This document shows, in pieces, positions 38,290 to 50,155 of a stretch of 64,000 nt of DNA. Made by a program: the position numbers and the translations under genes. How positions within the stretch are numbered: position 1 is the first letter of the stretch; the number at the start of each line of letters is the position of its first letter. The DNA is taken from contig OZ316895.1 in assembly GCA_973895155.1 (NCBI GenBank), positions 3,955,659 through 4,019,658 of the forward strand, read 5' to 3'. The DNA is from Marsupella aquatica. Its lineage: Eukaryota; Plantae; Marchantiophyta. The notes beneath the pieces are model-generated. The model had not been told where the DNA came from and did no database searches. It saw only the letters and a program-made list of their open reading frames with translations.

Positions 38290-40355
38290 CTTCCTGAATC
38301 GCAAATCGAGATTGATCGATGGATGGAAAAAGAAAATATGGACATCCACTAATGTACTCCAATTCCGCCTCCTCACTTGCCTGATTAGATCTTGGTATTT
38401 CTGCTCCAGTAATTGTGACCTGCCAGGGTGGTCATTCGTTCAATGGCTCGTTCCTGGTCTCGAATGACATGCAGAAAGTCCCAAACGTTTACAGAATCCT
38501 TCAAAGCGCGTACATGCGCTACGATAGAAGCTCAAAACTTTCGCAAACTGATCGCAACCTGAATCTGGCCGGTGACCGATTTACGGCAAAATGGCGGTGG
38601 AATTATACAATGTAACAATGTGCCTCAGCCTCTGTGGTGCCTTTTTGCGACGCTGCAGAAATCTTGAGATTGAACCTAGCTTGAGAAAGGTGAATGACGG
38701 AATAATGGCGGCGAGATCACAAACTTACCCACCTACAGTACCTTCAAGGCTCAGATAGTCCTAACTCCACAACGGGAAAATAATCTGATCTCAATCTATG
38801 AATGTTCTTCCTTTCTTGCTTGCTTGCTTGCTTGCTTGTAGGTGAATTGGTCGATTTGGTTTGCTGTGTGAGCCAGTCTAACTAGTGGATCGCAGCATCG
38901 GCCATCCAGCTCGCTTGCTCTACAACAACTTACTCGACTAGCTCAGACAGATTGTACTGCGATACTAGACGTGCCCCGGATATCGAAGTTTCTTATAGCA
39001 GACACTAATGGTCGGGTCGGATCCGTTCGTCCGTCCGTCCATCCGTCCATCCACCCTCGCTCGCTCGCTCAGCGTTCTACGCGGCTGCGGACTCCCTGCG
39101 CTGTGTCAAAGTAGCTGGCAGGCATGGCGAGCACCTCAGGGCCAGCCCTCCCCCCCTGATCAGCTCCCCCTCTCGTCCAAGTCAACTCGATTCTCTCGAC
39201 AACCGATTCCTTAATTCCAGTCGGCGTTCTTGTAGGACCCTCGTAGTCGTCGACTCACCACACCCAGTCCGATGGTGAGTGAGGCTGTACGTGATCTTAT
39301 TCAACACAAAGACTCCATCGGCCATCCATCGCCTCCGCTCTACGATTGTACTCGGCAAAAGTACATGACTGGTGGTGATTCGAAGTCCACTTCCAGCTTT
39401 TTCTTTCAAATCCAGAGTCCACGGATCATGGCCCACAAAATCAAGTCGTGTTCCCTTCACCTTTCTCTCTCTTCGCTGAACGAAATCATCTCCTTCTTCC
39501 TTTCTTTCGTTTCTTTCCTTCTTTCTTTTCTTAGTTTTGCAATTTCCTGATCCACAAATTACAGTATAGCCCACGAAAATCAAGCGGTGTTCATTTCACG
39601 TTTCTTTCTTTCTTCGTTCTCTTCTATGCTCGCTTTCTGCTGTTCTCGTGTCGTACAAAAGTCGTTTATTTGTTGTAAAGAATTGGTAACAGTCATCGTA
39701 AGCAGATTCAATTGATTTCCCCATCACCTTTGTGCTTTGTGGAAGATGCTGTCCATCTTTAATTATACTATGTGGACTGACAATTTGATATTTGCCCGTG
39801 CTGAAAAAAAGGCACACAATAGCTTAGGAGAATAATGTGCAACCAAGATTTCCTTTCAAAAAAAGAATTCTGAAACGAGAATGATGACACCCTAAAGCCT
39901 TGACCAGATAATCTACGTAGCTATATATAATTAAGATGTGAATCTACTCTTCAGGTCTACAATCTAGAGTGATGCTTAAGCGAAGTGGTGCAAGGGGAGA
40001 GCGGAGATTGGGGGCAGGGTGAATCTCTGAAAATGACGATTGTCGGGTGAATCTCACCATGTGAAGAGTCACTGGTAACCAATCAACTCAAATGGGTGAA
40101 AGGGTAATGGAGTTTAATATATTCACCTCTATTTACATTCAAAAAGGGGGCAGTCAGTCTAGCTTCAATAATGTGGCTCTTTTGGACCACAACAAATTAC
40201 AAAAGCTGCCAAGGGCTAAAGTATGACTGTCTAGAAACTAGAATTCTGTATCACATTTACATTACTGGGTGTTATGAGGAGGCCCACTAATAAAGAGTCC
40301 TACACTTCAGGTTGTGAAGTACTTTATCACCTTTATTAATCAACGGTTTGCCGGT

Positions 40356-40399
40356 GCCTGAAAGTCACTGCTGGTTGCGGCAATGACTTTCAGGCCTAG
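40356..40399 (+). other. Near-perfect 18-bp hairpin followed by CTAG|T
   Basis: GCCTGAAAGTCACTGCTG-GTTG-CGGCAATGACTTTCAGGC, then CTAGT; one mismatch and one G:T pair. Confidence 0.7.
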
Positions 40400-42079
40400 T
40401 TTCATTTCACTTCAATACCCAAATATATCTTCCCTGAAGTTCAAGCCATCTCTTAAGTTAAAACTGTCCTTTGTTTTAATTAGGCGTGTGGTGCATCTAA
40501 CCTAGGCCTGGCCGACTACAGCAGGATTGCTTGGTGAATACTGCTACCCCTTTTGCCTTGCTGGCTACTGTACCTTGGGTTTATTGGTGGGAACGAACTG
40601 CTATCCTTGTTGTAGCATACCAGTAGGTACCCTAGTCATAGTCGTAATTAAGCTAGCGGAAACAAATTTATTAAAGAAGATATTGGCACGCAGCTAAAAA
40701 ATGTGACATTACAAAAATGGTGGGTGAGAAAAAATTGCAAAAGATATATTAGCAAAGTGAGCGAGCCCCATTAGGGGGTCTCAACCCTCTGGATTTTGGC
40801 TCCGGTCACTCACTGTCACATGTGTTTTTTCATAAGTAACTAGCCTGACTACCTTTCCTTGAACGTAAATAGAATTGAAAAAAAATGGAAAAAAAATCTA
40901 TACTCTTTTTCCTTATCTTTGCACACCTTTTTTTGCACACCTTTTAGATTTGTCTTATTCAAAGTCATTGTACATTTTGTCCTTATTTGAGTTACTGTCT
41001 AGAGGTTTCACTCTAGATGGTAGCCTTTAAAAGTAGCTTATGTTTGCAATTATATAGTAAGATATGTGGACTCAGAATATCTTGTCTTACCACTTGTGAC
41101 CCCAGTCCATAACTCACATTTTTGGACCGAGGATGTTTCTGTGGCCCTTTAGGTTTGAGAAGCTCTATTACATCACACCATTGGGGTTCTGATAGGAAAA
41201 CATTTTAGTCAAACATCTAGTAAAGTACATGTAACCTATGTACAATCTTACTCTGTAATATACAATCCTGCCAGTGGGGAGCCGTGGTCTGTTTACAAAC
41301 TCCCGTTGAACAGGAATTTACGATATCTAGGGGATTTTTACATTTAAATTTCTGGATTGTCTGAAAAAGGGGCAGACCAAAAGCTTTCGTCAGTCCACAC
41401 ACGTCTCTCATGCTTGCTTAATATGGAGGCTAAGACCATTCATGATAGCTCATACAAGTTGGGCCTTAGCAGTGCACTGGGACAACTCACCCCACCTTCA
41501 GAATTCTTCTTCAATCCACTGACAACTACAGCTTCATTTTAAATAAAACCGCAAAAAGATAAAATGAAATTGGTTGTTGAAATTAATATAAGATACAATA
41601 TATCCTACCCAAATTTGGCACTATGATGCCATTTGCTGATAGTGTTAGCAAATGCCCTTAATCCTTGAAGACCCTTTGCAATAGGGAGAATGTGCAGGCA
41701 AAGAAAACCCTGGTTATGTCTATATATGGTTTTATACAATTCCTATAACTATCACAAGTGCCTGTTGCATACAACACATTTGACCGTCCGAGATGGTTAG
41801 GCACAGAGTCCGAGATGGTTAGGCACAGAGCTTAAATCACAGATAAACCCTCAACCAATCACCCCTGCAACCTGATATTGTGAATATGCAATCTTAGAGG
41901 TTTTGTTTGGGGCCATGTTACCTACACTGTTCACCGTATATAGTGTTACTCTCACTAATTCAAGAGCAGACAATTTTGGGCTCAATATACCATGACCAAG
42001 TGTTACACTAATTCTTTTATAACACTAATTCCATAGCATGAATTAGTGTTACTTTAGTCTCAAGAGTGGAAAACTAATG

Positions 42080-42251
42080 CCCAAAGAGGCATGGTTGTGT
42101 GGTGGGTCACTTGAGTAGTGACTCATAGGTATTGGGTTCAAAAGTTGTGGTGGCTCACTTGAGTAGTGGCTCATAGGTATTGGGTTCAAAAGTTGTGATC
42201 CCTTTCTGTGGGGTTTCACAGATTTATTCCTAAAAACATAAAAAAATATAA
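42080..42251 (+). mobile_element. Short tRNA-derived SINE with A-rich tail and 18-bp target-site duplication
   Basis: Flanked by AAGAGTGGAAAACTAATG (42062-42079) and AAGAGTGGAAAAATAATG (42252-42269). It has a B-box-like GGGTTCAAA, an internal 48-bp duplication and the 3' tail TAAAAACATAAAAAAATATA. Confidence 0.75.
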
Positions 42252-45200
42252 AAGAGTGGAAAAATAATGGAGCAGATACTGTTTTGAGAATTCCACAATA
42301 ATTAGTGTTAAGGTGGACTCAAAATCACATTCTACTAGCACCTTAAAAAAAAGGGAAAAAAAACTATATTTGAAAACTACAAGAATTAATGTTAGTTTCC
42401 ACTCAAGATCACTATCAACAATTTTAGTGTAAGTAGCACTAATTTGTTAGTAACTCTAATTCTGACATGACACTAATTAAAATTAATGTGAATATTGTAG
42501 TTGTACTTTTCTTTCCACTACTTTGAATGAATTGTCACAAGCAAACTCTACAAAGCAACCAAAGTAGAAATCCAAGCTGAAGTGACTGGTTTGGTGGAGA
42601 AGAAATACAAGTTAGACGTCAAAATGGGGAGGTACTAAAAGCCACAAACCAGTTTCCATTTCCAGTATAATTTGACGACAGAAGATGAATGACTTTTCAG
42701 GAGTCATACATATCCAAACGAGAGGAGCGAGATGACTTGTCTGGTTTGAAGTCCACCAGCTGAAGCAATCCCAGCTCAACAGAATGACATGACATGGCAC
42801 ACAATAGATACTGAATACCGTTCATGCGACCACCTGTCTGCTGTAGTAAATTGCCATAGTACAGTAGCTTGTAGGTAGGTTGTCTTTCATTTGTGTTTTG
42901 CTTCCTGTCAACAGTCTCAAAAGTTCATCAATCACAACTGTAGCAGCACATCACGAATCTGTGGAGTGCGATGGCGGCAATTACAGTAGTTATCTGTTGT
43001 GGCTGGAAATGCTAGCTTGGCTTTACTTGACTAGCCTTGGCTGGGCTCGGCACGGCACGGAGTTCGAACTCAAATTGAGCTGAGTCTGAAGATTCTGACG
43101 AAGCTCCTGGACTGAGGGCTTCTGGAAATGGTGACAGCTGCGATGATTTTGCCTTGGTTTAATATGCAATGTACTCCACATCTGATTTTCTGGTTCAATC
43201 TGTTGTTTGCTTACCTCTCCACGTCTGACTTGCTTGATATATGGCCATTGTTGCCTGCTGGCCGCTCCACTGCCAATTCGCTGGTCACTCACTTTTCTGT
43301 GTTTGTCTGTCCAATTTATGCATAGGAACCTGAGACTCGTTTTCACTACCCAATTTTGGTATTTTCACACCCCTCCAATGAAATGTTGAAGAGTGAAATT
43401 AAAAAAGGATTGATGGCACACAATCAAAATTTCATGGTAAGTTGTTATCACCGTATAATATCTAGATGCTTAGTTCGAGTTCATTTGATGCAGTGCCGCC
43501 ATGTCATTGACATCATGCTTGAAGACATGAAGCTTTTCGATTCTGACAAGGTCTTTTCCTGTATCCTGCCTGGTGATTCAACGTGGCCGATGAATAATCC
43601 TCGATATTGTAAGTCCCCTAAAATGCTCGTTAACTTTTCAATTCACGGAAATTACCAAACTATTTGCTGAGCCGTCACGCACATGAATGCTAAACATGCC
43701 AAACCAGACCGATTTTGGTTACACCTAGTCATCAATGGACATTGCAAGCATTTCTACGGATTGAATTTTCAATCTAGACTTGGCTCTTTTTTGTATCCCT
43801 CAACGTCCAAGAAAAATGAATCAGATTGGACGAAACTCATAGTCTTGTGTGATTGCGGCAACACATCTGATGCAGATGACAGAACAAGACTTAGTTTCTC
43901 TTTATCAGTAACAAGACTTTCTCAAGCAGGTTCCTAGGAAACAGAGCAATTCGTCCGGCACGACTAAGGAGAATATGAATCGGAGAGACAATATCCATCA
44001 CCTAGAATCGTCCGGTCCACGCGATTCGCAAGCATGTGTGTCCGTAACAATTGAAGCCCATTCCACAGCCTTAGGGTCCGCTGAATCGGCTGTGTTAGAT
44101 GGGAAGGTGATGGGGAACTCTGATGCCGAAGCAATGGTTGACAATAGGAAAGTGATTGAGAAATATGTCCTGCATTGAAAGTAAGCAGAATTTTTTCCCG
44201 GGACTTTTCGGAGCCAGAACGTGGCTAAATCTTCACAATCTTGACTTCAATCCGCCGCCGAATAAGTAGAGTGCGAGCTTGGATTCGTGTACTGCGGAAT
44301 ACGCTCCTCTTACTCAAGATATCTATAGACCCAGGATGAGAACGGGAGCTAGGAACACTGTGAGGTGCAGTCAAATGTATTCACAGAGAGTCCCTCGAGT
44401 GTGCTGGTGGAGGAAAGGACACTGGTGCTGTTCCCCACGGCAGCTGATTCCACGTGATTTACTCTACCAACATTCAATCTCATGGATGAATTAACCTCAG
44501 ATTCAACGAGTCCGGGAGACTGCGGGGCACTTTCGGCTGTCATGCCATTTTCCACCGCGGGTGCCGTGTACTGTGCACTTCAGGCTAGCTACCTGGAGAG
44601 CGACCAGATTGTGGGAATCGATGAAACAGTTTATATGGCATCTCTGTACCGACCCCTTCCTCGTAACTTCTCTGCAGAACAAGAAGAGAGAGGTAGAAGA
44701 TATACTTCAACTTTATTGTCGAGGCAGGAAAGGCGACGGGCATAACAAGCAATGTAATTACACTCCGAATCGTCCCTGAGAATAATTTCATCATTCTACT
44801 GATTCCCGTCACTCGGACATCTGACTGAAATGGAATCTCCTTTCAATCTGTCCACTGGGGAATTTGCTTTGCACACCTATTTGACTTCTGATTTATGTCG
44901 CTTAGTAGAGATGACTTGAGCGGGCGATAGTGCAAGGAAACACGCAGGGGAGGTCAATCTAACAAATTGGTTCGGGAACTGTTTCAAATCATTGATTAGC
45001 GCTGGAGAACAGTGAATCGCGGGATTTGCGTGCCGATTGCCGCAAGGTAGCTCCAGTCAAGCCAGTATTTCCTTCATGCCATTGATGGCCGGATCGACGT
45101 CGAGCAACTCCAATCTGACCTGCATTTCACTACTCAAAACACAACTAATCTATATTCATAATGAACTCACAACTTAATGGCGGACTAAGGGAAAAATCTT

Positions 45201-46354
45201 CACATCAAAAGCCATTTAGCTCTAAACTGTATCGGCCTTCTGGTAGTTGGATCGTGCCTCCACCTCACTCACTGGCTCCAGATAAGTCCTCGTCCCTCAA
45301 CTACTCCGGTATGTAATTCATGGACTCTACGTACTTCAAATTTCAAGCATTATAAAACAAATAATGAAGCCTTTGGGTGGGGTTTCCGATATTCTCAAAA
45401 GCTGCAGGATGTCAGGATCACAAGCGATAGTGCGCTTGCTGAAACCTCACGCCTCGGAAAATTGGGCTGGTCGATCTGTCCAAAGCATCTTGAATGGGGT
45501 TTTTGTTTCCTTGATTCTCAACACAGTTGATGTCGCATGAGACAGCGTCACAAAATTCCCTCCAGCGAATTGAAATTTATTTGGCGCAAACAAGCAATCC
45601 TGATCAATATTTTGTTGATGCCCCAGCATACATAGACGAGAGCTAGTAGAGCTAGACAGTCTCGTGACGAAATAAGAAATAAGAATCGACAGCTTGAATG
45701 CTGGGTTGTTCAGTGTTCACACAGTTCCTGAAGGTGAAGCGATGATATCGTGATGTCTTTATTGTGTCCGAATCTAGGGGCACACTAGACTACCATAGAC
45801 TGGCCAGCCTCGAGAGAATTGTTCTTTGTCGGGAGCCTGTGTATTGCACGTTCCAGTACAGTATTAAGAACATAATTGTATCGTCGCTGACTCGCTGACG
45901 AGCTGGCTTGCTGGACTCCTCAAATCTCGCCGAAAAGCAAATGGCATGCGCATGGGACTGCAAGGTTTCCAGGTGGTACTGTGGAGTACTAGATTGTGAG
46001 AGATTCGATTGCCTCCGTCGAAAGAACTGTAGACAGGACCGAAAAGTGGGATTTGGAGACAGAATCAGAGAAAGTGGGACTGCAGCGAGTAGTAAAAGTA
46101 TGTTTCGATTCGAAAGAGATTGTTGAGACTGCGAACTCCCAGGAGTAATATCATGCTTTCCGAATGCTACGTGTAAGCGAAAGCTGAGGTTGCGTTTCTA
46201 CAGATGTCCTGAGTCCTTGACCACAAAGTCAATGTACACAGAGAAGGGTGAATTTGAAGGGTGAATTTGAAGCTGAATTTGAATGAGCAGGGGTGGCGAA
46301 TGCTAAGGGCGAATTTTAAAGGGTTCTTTTGAATCAGCAGGGGTGGCGAATGCT

Positions 46355-47045
46355 GTGTTGAGTGAAGGAGAGGTGTAGGGTAAGCCATGGCCCCAAGGGT
46401 GTTATTTATGGGATGCAATGCCCAGGTTGGGTGACTGTTGAGTGAAGGAGGTGTAGGGGTAAGCCATGGCCCCAAGGGGATTATTTATGGGATGCAATGC
46501 CCAGGTTAGGTGTTGAGTGAAGGAAAGGTGTAGGGGTAAGCCATGACCCCAAGGGGATTATTTATGGGATGCAATGCCCAGGTTGGGTGTTGAGTAAGGA
46601 GAGGTGTAGGGGTAACCCATGGTTCCAAGGGGATTATTTATAGGATGCAATGCCCAGGTTGGGTGTTGAGTGAAGGAGAGGTGTAGGGGTAAGCCACGGC
46701 CCCAAGGGGATTATTTATAGGATGCAATGCCCAGGTTGGGTGTTGAGTGAAGGAGAGGTGTAGGGGTAAGCCATGGCCCCAAGGGGATTATTTATGGGAT
46801 GCAATGCCCAGGTTGGGTGTTGAGTGAAGGAGAGGTGTAGGGGTAAGCCATGGCCCCAAGGGGATTATTTATGGGATGCAATGCCCAGGTTGGGTGTTGA
46901 GTAAGGAGAGGTGTAGGGGTAAGCCATGGCCCCAAGGGGATTGTTTATGGGATGCAATGCCCAGGTTGGGTGTTGAGTGAAGGAGAGGTGTAGGGGTAAC
47001 CCATGGTTCCAAGGGGATTATTTAGGGGATTCAATGCCCAAATTA
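46355..47045. repeat. Homogeneous tandem array: ~77-bp unit x 9
   Basis: GTGTTGAGTGAAGGAGAGGTGTAGGGGTAAGCCATGGCCCCAAGGGGATTATTTATGGGATGCAATGCCCAGGTTGG repeats with few substitutions. Confidence 0.95.
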
Positions 47046-49280
47046 GGGAGCCTGAAGGGTTTACAGTCATGGCCCCAAGAGTGGCTATGGATTAACAAGC
47101 TTAACACACTGAGTATTATTTTGCTCTACTTGGATTTGGAAATTGGGCATAAAATAGTATAGCCCTCAAGACGGGTGCAAGCCACAGGGACCAAAATCTC
47201 AGTCTACTTAATCATCAATAATCATACTTATTTATAGAATACAAAGAGAAAACTATAAATGGGGTTGGTTTATTATGCTATGAATCTTACTATTAATTTG
47301 CAAACAGAAGCTACAATTGGGGTGAGTGAAGCCTCTAGTTGGTAACTCTAGGGGCCCACCAAATGTATGTGGATGGAGAGGATCGGATCTATTGTATGTC
47401 AAGATGATGATACATGTTGACTTTTGTCATCATCCCTATTGTCATTCAAATAATGGGCATTCAGGCTAGGGTTCTCTAATTAAATTTCTTAGATTTTTTT
47501 CCCCTTAGATCTCCCTAGATTAGCTGAGCTGCCAGTTTGCATTAAAACGCTGTGTGACTTGGTGGGAGACTGGGTAATGAGACCTGGCAAACCTAGTTAA
47601 AAATGGAGATTGTTCAGTATGAGATGATCTCTTGCAGAATTTCACCAGTAAAAAAGGCACAGGCCAAGTCATGTCCACCTCATGTAAGGATCATCTCTCT
47701 TGTTGAATTTGTGGTAGGATAACCCATGGACTTGAGGGTTACAAGCTGTAATCCTGAGGGCGCTTAGGCGAAGGGGTTAGAGCCAATAACCCCCAAGAGG
47801 TTAGAGAATGGGCATGGAAGGGTGTTTCTGCTGAGTGCTTTCGCCCCAAAACTTTCACTAGTGGTCTCATTCATATTGTAGTCTATGGGAAAAAAAGGCA
47901 CCATGAACTACCAAGTTTAATTGACAAAAAAGCCCAGATGGACCATTCGACCATACTGACACATTACTTTCCTCAAAGAATCAAATAATACTTTTCTTTT
48001 AATTTGTATGTGGAATACATGCTCATTGTTGGGTGTAGATAATGCTTGGCCATCTGGGTGCTTGGCCATCTGGGTGCTTGGCCATCTAGGTCCTTTGGCC
48101 AAGCATGGTGTTCCATTGGACAACAACTTTGAGATATGCTCACTTGTCAGGTGAAGCTTGAATTGACTGGTTTTTTGGTTTGCCGCTATGTTTGTTTGGG
48201 GCTCTCACTTCCACAAAAAAGGCATATCATGTGTTACCAAGCATAGCGTTGTTTTATATATTCTAAGAAATACTGACTTAAAACTTTTTGTGAAAGTACA
48301 TTAGTGTTTTCACATTATAAGATAAGATAGGTTCTTAATTCCCCATTTGGAACATTTCAAAAAGATAGGAGTCAAAAATAGAGTTCTCTTATGTTTTAAA
48401 TTGTTCTAGGTAACAGACTGATTCAGGTGATGTGGGGCTTCATGCATGTGGGGGCATCATATAATGAGACCCCCAACTATATTCATACTATAAGAGTATT
48501 GGAACACCATCTCCTGCATACCCACATAGCAAAACTTATAAAAGTTCTGGGCTTGATGGACCACAATGGTTGGCAGGCGGCTTGAATGGACCAGTGTACT
48601 TTTGACACCAAAAGATGTAAACATTAGATCATACAAAGGAAAGTGTCTGAGAAAAAAGTAACAGTTTCCAACTGCATAACAAAACCAAGAAACCAATTAA
48701 AAGTGATTTCCCACTAAAATTTAAAGTATCCTTTGCACAAATTGAAGTCAAACAGGTTTGACCCTTTCTGCTTTTCCCAAGGTTTCTTTGACCATCTCTT
48801 TTGCCTTGAAAGTTGAAATCAATGTGGATGGGCACCAGTTTTTATATGATTATATCACACTGACATCCAACAAAAGAACCAACCCGGAGACAGGATCTCA
48901 AAGGCAAGAGACCCAATACAGTCCAGACAACAAGCTACCTAGGGAAAAGTCTCTCACAGCACCCAAGAAACTAAAGCCCTACTCAGTAGTAGCAAGCATA
49001 ATACGCCTCCTCCTTGACCTGGGCTACCTAGATAAACATCACGCATACAAGCATGCAACCATTATTTATTAGATGGCCTGCAGCATGGGCCCAAGACTTT
49101 CAGCCGAGGGACAGCAAAATATTCTTAAACCATTTTCTTTCCCTAAGATTAATAATCCAGTATCCGTGCAACTAGCAAATTCAATATATGATTACTAACA
49201 TAGCAATCCATGGTGGGGTGCAATTTCAAGTCCTGTGTAAATGTCTTCCACAATGCAGGCAGAAAACCCTTGGTTAGTCA

Positions 49281-50155
49281 GAGCATCTCCAACAGTGGGT
49301 GCTTTCATTTTCCATCCACCAAACACCCCAGTAGAAGCCATTTTTTGTTGATAGACTCTCCCACCAGGCACTCTAACATCCAAAAGTATGGAGGTTGGAC
49401 CTCTGGTTCCTGCCTGCCAACTGCCATTTTTGCCCCAGAAGATGTTCCGCATCCCAGGCTCCTTCACTGGCCCCATACTCACCAATGGTGGATGACGACC
49501 CACATGGCAACATTGACAGGTGAATTTCATCACATTCTACATTGGCAGGCTAGATCAGGCCAGGTTTTCACTGTCGGACACGACAAATGACAACTTGTCG
49601 GCTCAAAAATGGATCATTTGTCGTATATTCCTCTATATTCCCAGGCCGGGACCTAAATTTCCCAAACCATCCCCGGCCCGGTCCTGGACTCCCCCGGTTA
49701 CACGAGCCAGCCCGCACTTTGGGTCAGGGGCTGGGAGGGGTCGGGGCTCGGGGAAGAAGAGTCGGGGTTGGGAGAAGGGTCGTGGTCGGGGCGAAGAGCG
49801 GAAAGGAACTGGGGAATGGGGAGAAGGGTCGGGGAGAAGGGAACGGGGTCGGAGAGAAGGAAACAGGGAGAAGGGTCAGGGGCGGGCCAGGGCCGGGGAG
49901 AAGGGGGTTGGGGAAGGGTCGGGCCGGGGTACACCAGGGTGACATATGTCATTTGTCGGACCCCAGAGGCCCTATTTGTCCAACAAGTCCAAACTGGGAG
50001 ACCAGGGCTGCTGAAATATTGGGTTAGCAAGGCAGTACAACGTTGCTGGTGCACCAAGGGGGTTCAGCCGTGACCAGGCACATTTTGGCACTTGTGACTT
50101 GTTGAGGCATTTTAACAGGATGGCGGTCACTGACTGCTAACTACTGGAGATGCTC
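49281..50155. mobile_element. PIF/Harbinger (Tourist-like) non-autonomous element
   Basis: TIRs GAGCATCTCCA (49281) and TGGAGATGCTC (ends 50155); 3-bp flanks TCA / TTA fit a TWA-type TSD with one change. Confidence 0.8.

Noticed and set aside
38290-38376. N-terminal extension of the peptide ORF given in the ORF track (161 aa)
   Set aside because: It starts at a non-ATG codon; the first ATG (38289) places the signal peptide at the N-terminus.
46355-47045. CRISPR array
   Set aside because: Whole units repeat head to tail with no unique spacers.
49520-50073. Gly/Arg- and Pro-rich ORFs
   Set aside because: Low-complexity purine-rich TE interior.
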